From an uncultured Solirubrobacterales bacterium (lineage in GTDB: Bacteria; Actinomycetota; Thermoleophilia; Solirubrobacterales; 70-9): a stretch of 64,000 bases of DNA. Of the stretch, positions 1 to 9,222 are shown piece after piece. The stretch lies in the NCBI GenBank assembly GCA_963746675.1, contig CAVVBX010000020.1, positions 32,647 through 96,646 on the forward strand, given 5' to 3'. The notes beneath the pieces were generated by a model. The model had not been told where the DNA came from. It saw nothing but the letters and a program-made list of their open reading frames with translations, and ran no database searches. A program made the position numbers and the translations under genes. Within the stretch, counting starts at the first letter, position 1, and the number at the start of each line of letters is the position of its first letter.

Positions 1-146
1 CAGATACGAGTTGACCCCGATATCGGGGGCGAACTCGTAGTTCGAGCGGGTCGGTGTGATGTGCCGTCGCGCGGTTGACACCTCGGGAGGCGTGATAGCG
101 TCGTTCGCGCCTGATCCGCGGTCGCAGCGCCGGCCGCACCGGTGGG

Positions 147-743
147 ATGACGGCCTGGCTGGGGGAGCCATGGATGGCACCGGGGGCCTCGACAGGAAGG
201 AGTTCCGTGACCAAGAGCAGCAGCGGCAGGGCGTCGCGCCCCTCGCCGGCGCTGATCGTCGCGATGATCGCGCTGGTCGCCGCCCTTGCGGGTACCGCGG
301 TCGCCGCCCAGAAGATCACCAAGAGCAAGGTCAAGACGATCGCCGCCAAGCAGGTCAACAAGCTGGCGCCCGACCTCTCGGTGGCGAAGGCGAAGAGCGC
401 CGACACGGCGAAGAGCGCCGACACCGCCGGCAGCGCCGACAACCTGCTCTGGGCCGTGGTCGACAACGGTAACGGGCCCGACGACGCGGCGATCGTACGG
501 GCCGGGCAGCAGGGCACGACCGCGTCCGAGGCGTTGGGCTTCGCGGTCAACGTCGACTTCGGCCGGCCGGTCACCGACTGCGCCTGGTTCGCGACCAAGG
601 GAGCCGTCGCCAGCGCCTCCCCGGGGTCCGGCTTCGCGACGACCGAGGGAGTGGGAGCGAACCCGAACGCCGTCCAGGTGCGGGTGCGAAACGCCAGCGG
701 CATCACGGTGCAGGAGTCCTTCCACGTGGAGCTGGTCTGCTAG
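147..743 (+). CDS. hypothetical membrane-anchored protein, tandem paralog A
   Basis: Listed ORF 147..743 (in-frame alternative GTG at 207). One N-terminal hydrophobic helix ALIVAMIALVAALAGTAVAA, short KSADTA-type repeats, C-terminal Cys. The stretch RPSPAL...RAGQQGT is identical to the next gene. Confidence 0.6.
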   Translation: MTAWLGEPWMAPGASTGRSSVTKSSSGRASRPSPALIVAMIALVAALAGTAVAAQKITKSKVKTIAAKQVNKLAPDLSVAKAKSADTAKSADTAGSADNLLWAVVDNGNGPDDAAIVRAGQQGTTASEALGFAVNVDFGRPVTDCAWFATKGAVASASPGSGFATTEGVGANPNAVQVRVRNASGITVQESFHVELVC

Positions 744-1074
744 CTCGTCACCGCCGATCCGCCGCAATGGAGCTCCAATGACTACCGACCGCCGCCCCTC
801 GCCGGCGCTGATCGTCGCGATGATCGCGCTGGTCGCCGCCCTTGCGGGTACCGCGGTCGCCGCCCAGAAGATCACCAAGAGCAAGGTCAAGACGATCGCC
901 GCCAAGCAGGTCAACAAGCTGGCGCCCGACCTCTCGGTGGCGAAGGCGAAGAGCGCCGACACGGCGAAGAGCGCCGACACCGCCGGCAGCGCCGACAACC
1001 TGCTCTGGGCCGTGGTCGACAACGGTAACGGGCCCGACGACGCGGCGATCGTACGGGCCGGGCAGCAGGGCACG
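237..1074. repeat. 282-bp direct repeat (237..518 = 793..1074), period 556 bp
   Basis: Compared by eye line by line. The two copies look identical and cover the 5' halves of the two paralogous genes. Identity stops abruptly after ...cagcagggcacg. Confidence 0.8.
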
Positions 1075-1305
1075 TCTGTCACCGAGATTGGCGGGATCGG
1101 GCTCGTCAACGTCGACTTCGGCCGGCCAGTCGCCGAGTGCACCTGGCTCGCCAACGTTGGCGCGGTCGCCAACACGACCCCGGGCCCCTACTACGCGACG
1201 CTCGCGGGCGCGGGGGCGAACCCGAACGCCGTCCATGTGGAGATCCGAAACGTCGGCATCGCCGGGCTCGAGCAGGCGCCGTTTCACCTGCGGGTGATCT
1301 GCTGA
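778..1305 (+). CDS. hypothetical membrane-anchored protein, tandem paralog B
   Basis: ATG at 778 inside listed ORF 286..1305 (MTTDRRPSPALIVAMIAL...). Same architecture as paralog A, but the C-terminal ~75 aa are clearly diverged. Confidence 0.6.
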   Translation: MTTDRRPSPALIVAMIALVAALAGTAVAAQKITKSKVKTIAAKQVNKLAPDLSVAKAKSADTAKSADTAGSADNLLWAVVDNGNGPDDAAIVRAGQQGTSVTEIGGIGLVNVDFGRPVAECTWLANVGAVANTTPGPYYATLAGAGANPNAVHVEIRNVGIAGLEQAPFHLRVIC

Positions 1306-1334
1306 GCGCGGCGTTGGTCTGAGCGCGGGCGGCG

Positions 1335-2937
1335 TCAGCCGGCGACCGCGGCGGTCAGAGCGACGAACTCGCCGTAGGAGGGCGTCAGCTCGGGCGAGCC
1401 CCAGGTCTTCTGCGCCAGCACCCTCAGCCGGGGGGCGATCCCGGCTGCGATCGCGTCCGGGTCCGCATCGGGCGACACGGGGTCGTCGTTCCAGACCTGT
1501 AGCGACGCACCGAGCAGGCGGGGGTCGTCGGGGCGCCAGCGCCCCGGCGGCCGGCGCCGCCGGGCCGAGCCCCCAGCGGGGGGAGTAGGGGCCCGAGAAC
1601 GACCACGGCTGCCAGCCCTCGTACATCTGCTCGACCGGGGTGCGAAGGCGCTCCAGCGGGCCGCCGGTGACGTAGTAGGTCGGCCACCAACCGGCGTTGA
1701 CGACCTGATGGCCGGCCGCGACCAGGTCCTCGGGGGAGGGCGAGTGTCCCTCTTCCCACCACATCACGCTCGACCGCGGATCGGTGTGAAGGGCGGCGCC
1801 TCCGCCGACGCCGTCGGACCACAGGCGCAGCTCCTTGCCGTGCTCGCGCACGCGCTCGCCGACGGCGTTGAGGAAGTCCAGCACCGCGTCCTTGCCATTC
1901 GCGTCCGCGCCGTACTTGGCATCCGCGTACTGCTCGAGCTGCGGGTAGCGCAGGTAGTCGGCGTCGGTCGCGAACGGGCCCAGGTACTCGTCGCCGCCGG
2001 TGTGCCAGTAGGGGCCCGGAAACAGCGGCGCCAGCTCGTCGATCAGGTCGAAGACGAAGCGGCGGGCGCGCGGATCGGTGACGTCGAGCTTGTCGGCCTG
2101 GAGCCTGCCCTCCGCGTCGGCGAGCTGCAGCTCGGGATGAGCGCGCAGCGCCGCCCGCATGTGCCCCGGAGCGTCGATCTCGGGCACCAGGGTCACGTGA
2201 TGGCGCTTGGCGACGGCGACCAGGCGGCGCACGTCGCGCTTCGAGAGGAAGGGCGGGGTGACGGCCTCGGGGTGCGAATCGATCTCGACCCGGAAGCCCT
2301 CGTTGTCGGACAGATGCAGATGCAGCATGTTGAGCTTCAGGCCGGCGAGCTCGATGATCCGCTGCTCGAGCCAGCGACGGGAGAAGAACCTGCGTCCGTT
2401 GTCGACCATCAGCCCCCGCTCGGGATAGCGTGGCCAGTCGCGCGCTCGCCCGCGCGGGATCGGGTCGCCGCCGCGCACGAGTTGGAGCAGGGTGCGCCCG
2501 CCGTAGAAGGCGCCGGCCCTCGAAGTGGCCAGGATCGAGAAGGTTCCGTCGATGCGCAGCGCGTAACCCTCCCGCCGGCGCCCACCGAGCATCCGTCCGC
2601 GGGCGCTGCGGATCACGACGTCGCCGATCCGCGCTCGCGCGCGGCGGCTCGCTCTCACCGCCACCGGCCGGTCGACGAGCGCCGAGAGGTCCCTGGCCAG
2701 CTGGGCCGCCTCGGGGCGCATCCGCACCCTGTCGTGGAGGCGGACGACGATGCGGGTGTCGCGGCGCAGGTCGAAGGCCCCGGTCGAGCCCTGCCAGCGC
2801 GCAAGCGCCGGCACGGTCACCGGGCGGGACGGCTCCGCGACGGCGCTCGGGGGCAGACCGAGGATCGCCAGCAGCAGGCTCACGGCCAGGAAGCCGTAGC
2901 GCGCGCCCGAGCACATGGCTGGTTGGCGCTCGTTCAC
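1335..2937 (-). pseudogene. beta-N-acetylhexosaminidase (GH20), one apparent frameshift
   Basis: Signal-like N-terminus ...GFLAVSLLLAILGLPPSAVA. GH20 core motifs LHLHLSDNEGFRVE, PEIDAPGHM, YWHTGGDEY. The family-typical C-terminus (LLGASLQVWNDDP...AQKTWGSPELTPSY...) lies in another frame ending at TGA 1335..1337. The frame change is near a G/C run at ~1545. The rest of the listed 729-aa ORF is read-through. Confidence 0.75.
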
Positions 2938-2956
2938 GCGACGCGGTTGAGCGATT

Positions 2957-3202
2957 CTAGGCGGCGCTCGGGCCGGGGCCGGGCGAGTCCGGCTCCGGCG
3001 ACTGCGGCTCCAGGTCGCTGTCGAGCTGGATCGCCCGGATCGCGTGCTCGTCGGGAAGCTTGGCCAGGAGCTCGTGGATGATCGCGTGGATCTGGCCTTC
3101 GTCGTGGCCGAAGTCGTCGAGCAGGCTGCGCAGCGCCGTGTGGGTGATTTTGAGCTGGGCCGGGGTCAGCTCGAGGTGGTAATTGATCGACTCCACCCGC
3201 AC
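2957..3202 (-). CDS. small hypothetical protein (81 aa)
   Basis: ORF with balanced, non-Arg/Pro-biased composition (MRVESINYHLELTPAQLKITHTALRSLLDDFGHDEG...). It ends 19 nt upstream of the GH20 start on the same strand. Confidence 0.55.
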   Translation of the reverse strand: MRVESINYHLELTPAQLKITHTALRSLLDDFGHDEGQIHAIIHELLAKLPDEHAIRAIQLDSDLEPQSPEPDSPGPGPSAA

Positions 3203-3229
3203 ATCCTACGTCGCTACATCCAATCGCCG

Positions 3230-3292
3230 ATGGCGGGACCGATGGCGATCGAGGCGGCGGGCCTGCGTAAGTCCTTCAAGGATGTCGAGGCG
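3230..3292 (+). pseudogene. possible remnant of an ABC-transporter ATPase N-terminus (~21 codons)
   Basis: ATG 3230 gives MAGPMAIEAAGLRKSFKDVEA, which resembles the start of many ABC ATPases (IE..GL.K.F). No Walker A follows, and the frame runs into Arg/Pro-rich noise. Confidence 0.3.
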
Positions 3293-3473
3293 CCCACCCC
3301 AACGTCCCGCACGCACCGCTATCGGAGTCCCTCCGCGACGTTGGGTGGGTCGAAGGGGGGAGCCGCTTGCGGGCAGCGAGCCTCGCCCCTTCGTCGCCCG
3401 CCCGATCCCGAGTCGGCTCGCGCCCGCATGAGAGCGCCCCGCGTGAAGCGACGGGGTCGAGCTAGCGGGCGAG

Positions 3474-4913
3474 CTAGGCGGGCGCGGGCTCGGTCGCGCC
3501 CTCGGCGGCGGTCTCCTCGGCCGCCTTCGCCGCCTCGAGCAACTCGGCGAGCGATGCCTCGATGCCGGCGGCGAACTCAGCCAGGTCCTCGACCGCGTCG
3601 TAGTCGGCGAGCAGGCCGAAGTTGATCCCGCCGTTGTAGGACATGATCGCGATGAACAGAGCCTGGTTGGGCGGCAGGAAGCCGACCGGGAAGATGTCCT
3701 CCATCTCGCGGCCGAGCACGTAGAGCGGGATCTGTGGCCCGGGGACGTTCGTGACCACGAGATTGAACAGCCGGGTCGAGAAGTTCACCCGGGCGGACTG
3801 GGCGAGCAGGGTCGGCGGCGCAAAGTCGTTGAAGCGAGAGATCACCTCGGCGCCGAGTGCCTGCTTGGAGTGCTTGACGCCCTTCATCGCCCGGCGGCAG
3901 GCCTCGAGCCGCTGCACCGGGTCCTCGATGTACACGGGCAGCGGGGCGCGCACCGCGGCGATCCGGTTGCCGAGGTGTCCGTGCTCGTCGGAGGCGCGGA
4001 TCGACACCGGCACCTGGGCGCGCAGCTCGAGCCCCTCGGTGCGTATGCCGCGCGAGTGCAGCCAGCCTCGCAATGCGCCGCTGGCAACCGCGAGGACGAC
4101 GTCGTTGACCGTGCCCCCGAGTGCGCCCTTGATCCGCTTGAACTGCGCCAGGTCGCCGCGCACCCACTCGAAGCGGCGGTGGGAGCCGATCTCGACGTTC
4201 AGCGGCACGGTCGGCGCCGGATTGGCGAAGTTCCACCCGACCTCGCCGAGGGCCTCGGCCGCCTCGGCGATCTGGTCGACCGCGGTGCGGGGATGCTCGA
4301 TCGCCTTTTCGATGCGGCGCAGGATGCGGACCGGGGTCTGCAGCAGGCCCTCGGCATCCTTGGCGAGCAGCTGAGCGCCGGACGGCTGGCCGGAGGGCGC
4401 CCAGTCGTGCTCGGGCTCGGCGGGCTCGGGAACGGGCTTGACGTCGAAGAGCACCGTGGCGATGTCGACGCCGGAGACGCCGTCGACCAGCGCGTGGTGG
4501 GTCTTGGTCAGGAAGGCGAAGCGGTTGCGGGTCAGGCCCTGGACCAGCCACAGCTCCCAGAGTGGCTTGGTGCGGTCGAGCGCCTGGGAGAAGATCCGCG
4601 CGGCCATCTTTCGCAGCAGCTCCTCGGAGCCGGGTGCGGGGAGGGCCGAGTGGCGGACGTGGTACTCGAGGTTGAAGCTCGGGTCGTCGACCCAGAATGG
4701 GCGACCGGTCGGCGCGGGCGGGTAGGCGAGCTTCTGGCGGAAGCGCGGCACGAGGTGAAGCCGCGAGTGGATGTGCCCGAGCAGATCGTCGTAGCTCATC
4801 GGCGGCCCCTCGAAGATGCAGACGCCGCCGACGTGCATGTGTGCCGACGAGCTCTCGTTGGTGAGGAACGAGACGTCGAGCGCGCTGAGGCGGTCCATGT
4901 GCCCCTGGGCCAT
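3474..4913 (-). CDS. wax ester synthase/diacylglycerol acyltransferase (WS/DGAT) family
   Basis: 479-aa ORF. Catalytic HHxxxDG motif present as THHALVDGVSG. The N-terminus DRLSALDVSFL is typical of the family. Confidence 0.9.
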   Translation of the reverse strand: MAQGHMDRLSALDVSFLTNESSSAHMHVGGVCIFEGPPMSYDDLLGHIHSRLHLVPRFRQKLAYPPAPTGRPFWVDDPSFNLEYHVRHSALPAPGSEELLRKMAARIFSQALDRTKPLWELWLVQGLTRNRFAFLTKTHHALVDGVSGVDIATVLFDVKPVPEPAEPEHDWAPSGQPSGAQLLAKDAEGLLQTPVRILRRIEKAIEHPRTAVDQIAEAAEALGEVGWNFANPAPTVPLNVEIGSHRRFEWVRGDLAQFKRIKGALGGTVNDVVLAVASGALRGWLHSRGIRTEGLELRAQVPVSIRASDEHGHLGNRIAAVRAPLPVYIEDPVQRLEACRRAMKGVKHSKQALGAEVISRFNDFAPPTLLAQSARVNFSTRLFNLVVTNVPGPQIPLYVLGREMEDIFPVGFLPPNQALFIAIMSYNGGINFGLLADYDAVEDLAEFAAGIEASLAELLEAAKAAEETAAEGATEPAPA

Positions 4914-4931
4914 GCGCCTAACTTACCGTCT

Positions 4932-5831
4932 ATGCGCCGCCTCGCAGCCGCCACTCTCGCGGTCGCCACGCTTGTGGGGTGCGGGGGCGCCGACGGGGGC
5001 CCGGCGGTGCAGGAGGGTGGCTTCGACGCCAACCGCGCCTTCGCCGACCTCGAGGCGCAGACGGAGATCGGCCCGAGGCCCGCGGGCTCGCCCGCGGCGC
5101 GCAGCGCCGCGGCGCTGATCGCCGATCGGCTGCGCGAGGCGGGGGTCGAGGACGTCGCGGTGCAGGCGCCGTGGATGAACGTGGTCGGAACGATCCAGGG
5201 CACCGAGCCCGGGTCCGTGGTGGTCGGCGCCCACTTCGACACCAAGGACGACGTCGGCGGCGGCTTCGAGGGCGCCAACGACGGGGCATCCGGCGTCGCC
5301 GTGGTGCTCGAGCTGGCGCGCTCGCTGCCGCGGCCGCTGCCGGGCCCGTCGGTCAGCCTGGTGCTGTTCGACGCGGAGGAGGCTCGGGGCTACCGCCCGT
5401 TCGAGCTCGACGGCACCCGCGGCAGCCGCCAGTACGCGGCCTACGCGCGGCGCGGGGGCGTGCAGGGAACGCCGCGGCTGGAGACCGTCCGGGCGATGGT
5501 CCTGTTCGACATGGTCGGCGACTGCGAGCTCGGGATCCCGCTGGAGGCGAGCTCGGACCCGAAGCTGTACGGGCTGTTCGCCGACGCCGCCGAGGCGCGC
5601 ACCGGCAGTCGGGCTCCCTTTCGCGGGGCGAGCGGGCCGGTGGGCGACGACCACGTCCCGTTCCTCGAGGCCGGGATCCCGGCCGTCGATCTGATCGACT
5701 TCGACTATGGGCCGGGGCCGCCACCGGGCGGGTACTGGCACACGCCTCAGGACACGCTCGACAAGGTCTGCGCCGAGAGCCTCGACGCGGTCGGCGAGGC
5801 GGCGCTGGCCGCGATCCCCGAGATCCGCTGA
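4932..5831 (+). CDS. M28-family metallopeptidase, probable lipoprotein
   Basis: ATG 4932 inside listed ORF 3870..5831. Lipobox-like LAVATLVGCGG. M28 contexts GAHFDTK, NDGASGVAVVLELAR, VLFDAEE, YWHTPQDT. Confidence 0.85.
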   Translation: MRRLAAATLAVATLVGCGGADGGPAVQEGGFDANRAFADLEAQTEIGPRPAGSPAARSAAALIADRLREAGVEDVAVQAPWMNVVGTIQGTEPGSVVVGAHFDTKDDVGGGFEGANDGASGVAVVLELARSLPRPLPGPSVSLVLFDAEEARGYRPFELDGTRGSRQYAAYARRGGVQGTPRLETVRAMVLFDMVGDCELGIPLEASSDPKLYGLFADAAEARTGSRAPFRGASGPVGDDHVPFLEAGIPAVDLIDFDYGPGPPPGGYWHTPQDTLDKVCAESLDAVGEAALAAIPEIR

Positions 5832-5840
5832 GCGTTAGGT

Positions 5841-5860
5841 TTCACTCGTCAGCGAGTGAA
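5841..5860 (+). terminator. 8-bp perfect hairpin (ttcactcg tcag cgagtgaa)
   Basis: Lies 10 nt after the peptidase stop and directly before the GGAGGA RBS (5861..5866) of the next gene. No T-tract. Confidence 0.4.
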
Positions 5861-5870
5861 GGAGGACCCG

Positions 5871-6149
5871 ATGGTCGTCGCCAGGGCAAGGATCGGAGAG
5901 TTCGAGCGGTTCTGGGAGACGTTCACGACGCGCGGGGCGGCGAAGCGCGCCGAGCACGGGTCGCGCGGCGCACGGGTGTTCCGCAACGCCGACGACCCGG
6001 GCGAGATCATCACGGTCTTCGACTGGGATCGCGCCGGCTTCGAGGCCTTCATGCATGACGCCGAGGTCCCGGAGATCATGGCCGCGGCCGGATTGCAGGG
6101 GCGGCCGGAGCCGACCTTCGTCGAACAGGTCGGCGAGTTGGCGTCCTGA
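5871..6149 (+). CDS. small ABM/dimeric alpha-beta-barrel-like protein
   Basis: ATG 5871 follows GGAGGA by 4 nt. The listed GTG start at 5856 sits inside the hairpin. MVVARARIGEFERFWETFTTRGAAKRAEHGSRGARVF...ITVFDWD pattern. Confidence 0.6.
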   Translation: MVVARARIGEFERFWETFTTRGAAKRAEHGSRGARVFRNADDPGEIITVFDWDRAGFEAFMHDAEVPEIMAAAGLQGRPEPTFVEQVGELAS

Positions 6150-6179
6150 GGCAACCCTCCGCGGCGCTACCCTCTGCGG

Positions 6180-7151
6180 ATGGCTCCGGCCACCCATTCC
6201 CGCGCTCCGAAGCGCGTCCTGCTCGCCGCCCCGCGCGGTTACTGCGCGGGCGTCGACCGCGCCGTGCAGACAGTCGAGAAGGCGCTGGACATGTACGGCC
6301 CGCCGGTCTACGTCCGTAAGGAGATCGTCCACAACAAGCACGTCGTCGAGCAGCTCGCCGAGCGCGGTGCGATCTTCGTCGAGGAGGAGACCGAGGTCCC
6401 GGAAGGGGAGCTGGTCGTCTTCTCGGCCCACGGGGTCGCCCCGAGCGTGCACGCCAACGCCGCGGCGCGCAGCCTGCAGACGATCGACGCCACCTGCCCG
6501 CTGGTGACCAAGGTCCACGTCGAGGCCCGCAAGTTCGCCGAGCAGGGCTACACGATCGTCCTCATCGGTCACGAGGGCCACGAGGAGGTCGAGGGCACCA
6601 CCGGCGAGGCTCCTAGCAGCATCGTCCTGGTCGAGACGGTGGACGACGTCGATGCGCTCGAGCTCTCCGATCCCGACCAGGTCGCGTTCATCACCCAGAC
6701 GACCCTCTCGGTCGACGAGACGGCCGAGATCATCGCCCGGCTGCGTCAGAAGTTCCCCGCGATCACCAGCCCGAAGTCCGACGACATCTGCTACGCGACC
6801 ACCAACCGCCAGATCGCGGTCAAGCAGCTCGCCCGCGAATGCGAGCTGGTGCTGGTGATCGGCTCGACCAACTCCTCGAACTCCAACCGGCTGGTGGAGG
6901 TCGCCCGCGAGCACGGCGCAGCCTCGCATCTGATTGACAACGCTTCGCAGGTGGACGAGTCGTGGCTCGACGGGGTCGAGACGGTCGGCATCACCTCGGG
7001 CGCCAGCGCCCCGGAGGAGCTCGTCGCCGAGCTGGTCGAGTTCTTTCGCGGCCGCGGTGCGGGCGAGGTCACCGAACTGCGCGCGGTCGACGAGGACGTG
7101 CGCTTCATGCTTCCGAAGGAGATCCGCACCGAGCTCGCGGCGCGGGCCTGA
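6180..7151 (+). CDS. ispH: 4-hydroxy-3-methylbut-2-enyl diphosphate reductase
   Basis: 323 aa. [21 protein letters not shown] and the conserved IspH/LytB layout with SSNSNRL. Confidence 0.95.
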   Translation: MAPATHSRAPKRVLLAAPRGYCAGVDRAVQTVEKALDMYGPPVYVRKEIVHNKHVVEQLAERGAIFVEEETEVPEGELVVFSAHGVAPSVHANAAARSLQTIDATCPLVTKVHVEARKFAEQGYTIVLIGHEGHEEVEGTTGEAPSSIVLVETVDDVDALELSDPDQVAFITQTTLSVDETAEIIARLRQKFPAITSPKSDDICYATTNRQIAVKQLARECELVLVIGSTNSSNSNRLVEVAREHGAASHLIDNASQVDESWLDGVETVGITSGASAPEELVAELVEFFRGRGAGEVTELRAVDEDVRFMLPKEIRTELAARA

Positions 7152-7152
7152 G

Positions 7153-8098
7153 TTGCACGACCACCGCCACCTGCACACCGCCGGCTCGGCGACCGCGGGT
7201 GGGGTGGACCGGACCGAAGCGGCCCGGGCGCTGCGGATCACCCTCGCGCTGACAGCGACCTTCACGCTCGTCGAGGTCGTCGGCGGCATCGTCACCGGCA
7301 GCCTCGCGCTGCTGGCCGACGCCGGTCACATGCTCTCCGACAACGCGTCGCTGGGCATCGCCCTGTTCGCGGCCTGGCTCGCCGGCCGGCCCGCCGGGCC
7401 GAGCCGAACGTTCGGCTATCGCCGAGCCGAGATCCTCGCCGCGCTGTTCAACGGCGTGACCCTGGTCGCGATCTCGATCTGGATCTTCATCGAGGCCGCC
7501 AACCGGTTCGGCGGACCCGCCCGATGTCGAGGCGGGGCTGATGCTGGCGATCGCCGCGGCCGGGCTGGTGGTGAACTTGGTCGCCGCCCGCATCCTGCAG
7601 GGCCACTCGGCCGACAATCTCAACGTCTCAGCGGCGCTGCGCCACGTGCTCGCCGATCTGCTCGGTTCGGTCGGGGTGATCGTCGCTGCGCTCGTGATCC
7701 TGACCACCGGGTGGGAGTACGCCGATCCGGCCGTCAGCGTGCTGATCGGACTCCTGATCCTGGCGAGCTCCTGGGGCATCCTGCGCGATTCGATCCAGAT
7801 CCTGCTCGAGAGCTCGCCGCCGGGAACCGACGTCGAGGAGGTCGGGCGCGCGATGGCCTCGATGCCGGGCGTGATCGAGGTCCACGACCTGCACGTGTGG
7901 ACGATCACCTCGGGCTTTCCGGCGCTCGCCGCGCACGTGCTCGTCGACCGTGACACGGACTGCCACGCGACCCGCCGCGAGCTCGAGCGGATGCTCGACG
8001 AGCGCTTCAGCCTCGACCACACCACCCTGCAGGTTGACCACGAGGGCGGCGAGCTGTTGCAGATCGAGACCGCAGGCCCCGATCTGCGTCCGGGTTAG
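7153..8098 (+). pseudogene. cation diffusion facilitator (CzcD-type) metal exporter, one apparent frameshift
   Basis: TTG 7153 overlaps the ispH stop region. His-rich N-terminus HDHRHLH. TM2 HMLSDNASL and TM5 HVLADLLGS metal-site motifs. The two halves are in different frames (listed ORFs 6934..7953 and 7541..8098), and the junction ...EAANRF / DPPDVEAGLMLAIAAAGLVVN is at ~7510. Confidence 0.8.
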
Positions 8099-8113
8099 TC
8101 CGCGGGGCGGACT
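8097..8113 (+). terminator. 7-bp hairpin overlapping the CDF stop codon (agtccgc ggg gcggact)
   Basis: Sits between convergent genes. No T-tract. Confidence 0.35.
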
Positions 8114-8139
8114 GAGATCGACCCAGTTCGAGCGGCCGC

Positions 8140-8965
8140 CTACGGGACGCCCGCGGCGAAGCTGATCGAGTAGAGGTCGAGGCCGGGGCTCGCCCCGAGT
8201 CGCAGCGCGTGGCGCTCGTGGCGCGGATGCTCGGCGAGCGTGTAGAGGCCGGGAGCCCCGACCGCCACGGCTCGCTCCGCGGCGCCGTCGACGCTCACCC
8301 GCAGCTCGCCCACGCCGTTCACGGACGCGTGCGCGCCGCCGGCCTCGTAGGTGAGCTCGAGGGTTGCCGTTCCGTCCGCCGCGCTCCAGGGCTCCCGTGG
8401 CGATCCCCCCGGGAACAGCTCCTCGCTCGGTGGGGCGACGAGCGCGTCGGCGCGCGTCGCTCGCCCGCAGCGGGTCCAGCGGCGGTGGCGGCTCGAATTC
8501 GGGGTCGATTGCCGCCAACTCGTCGGTGATAGCCGCCTCGGTCGCCTCGTACTCGCCCTCGCCGAAGTGAAACCAGCTCAGCGCGCCGCCCTGCGCCCAG
8601 AGGAACAGCGAAGGCCAGCCCTTGCAGCCGTAGTCGTGCCAGACGCCGTAGCGCGAATCGTCGGCGACCGGATGGCGAACGCCGAGGCGATCGAGCGCGG
8701 GGCCGAGGGCGGTCCGCTCGCCGGTGAACGGGAACCGCGGCGAGTGGACGCCCAGCGTGGTCAGTCCGCGATCGTGGTATCGCCGGTCCCAGGCGATCGC
8801 GTAGGGGAGCGCCCTGACGCTGTTGAGCTGCGCGTAGTCGAGGAAGTGGATCAGCACCGGACCCGCCGCGGTCAGCTCGGCCATCCTCGGCGAGCGGTCC
8901 GCATTGCACCAGCGCAGGCGCCCGGGCAGCGCAGGCGCGGCGATGTTGTCTCGCTCGGGGTGCAC
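8140..8965 (-). pseudogene. thioredoxin-like domain plus DipZ-C-terminal-like domain protein, one apparent frameshift
   Basis: GTG 8965. VLIHFLDYAQLNSVRALPY...GVHSPRFPF...WPSLFLW...HFGEGEY matches the redoxin-like fold of DipZ-type proteins. The C-terminal part (ADALVAPPSEELFPGGSPREPW...VNGVGELRVSVDG...YSISFAAGV) is in the frame of listed ORF 8140..8322. The junction is at ~8450. Confidence 0.6.
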
Positions 8966-8999
8966 GGGCCGGATCGTAGAGCGGCTCCCGCCCGCGATA

Positions 9000-9164
9000 A
9001 TGCCCGCGATGCGCCGCCGTGGTGACCTGATCCTCGGAATCGCCCTGGGCATCCTCCTCGGGATCGCGATCCTCGCCGTCTTCATCTTCGTCTTCAGCGG
9101 GGACACGGTCGACGCACCGTCGATCGACAACGGTGCGCCGGCGGAGCGCCCCGCCGGGCGCTGA
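9000..9164 (+). CDS. small single-pass membrane protein (54 aa)
   Basis: ATG 9000 inside listed ORF 8904..9164. MPAMRRRGDLILGIALGILLGIAILAVFIFVF followed by a polar tail. Confidence 0.4.
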   Translation: MPAMRRRGDLILGIALGILLGIAILAVFIFVFSGDTVDAPSIDNGAPAERPAGR

Positions 9165-9222
9165 CCCGTGCCTCGGCCACGACCGTGACCCGCGCTTGAG
9201 CTCCCGCTCCTAAGATCTACCC

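Noticed and set aside
75-101. TTGACA at 75..80 as a -35 element for the first gene.
   Set aside because: No acceptable -10 hexamer at 16-18 bp spacing; the best candidates sit at 13 or 15 bp. The nearby 14-bp palindrome ccccgatatcgggg (14..27) is at the window edge and cannot be interpreted.
370-450. KSADTA-type short tandem amino-acid repeats as a satellite or CRISPR-like feature.
   Set aside because: They are in-frame low-complexity coding repeats inside both paralogs, not an independent DNA element.
748-2937. The listed 729-aa ORF taken as one giant protein extending over the tandem paralog genes.
   Set aside because: Only the part from 2937 down to ~1545 is GH20-like. The remainder is Arg/Gly/Asp-rich read-through antisense to real plus-strand genes. 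The true C-terminus is in another frame, ending at 1335.
1424-3081. Long ORFs 1424..2914 (-), 1708..3081 (+) and 2430..2960 (+).
   Set aside because: Extreme Arg/Pro/Gly/Ala composition, typical of off-frame and antisense shadows in very GC-rich DNA. They overlap a gene with clear family motifs.
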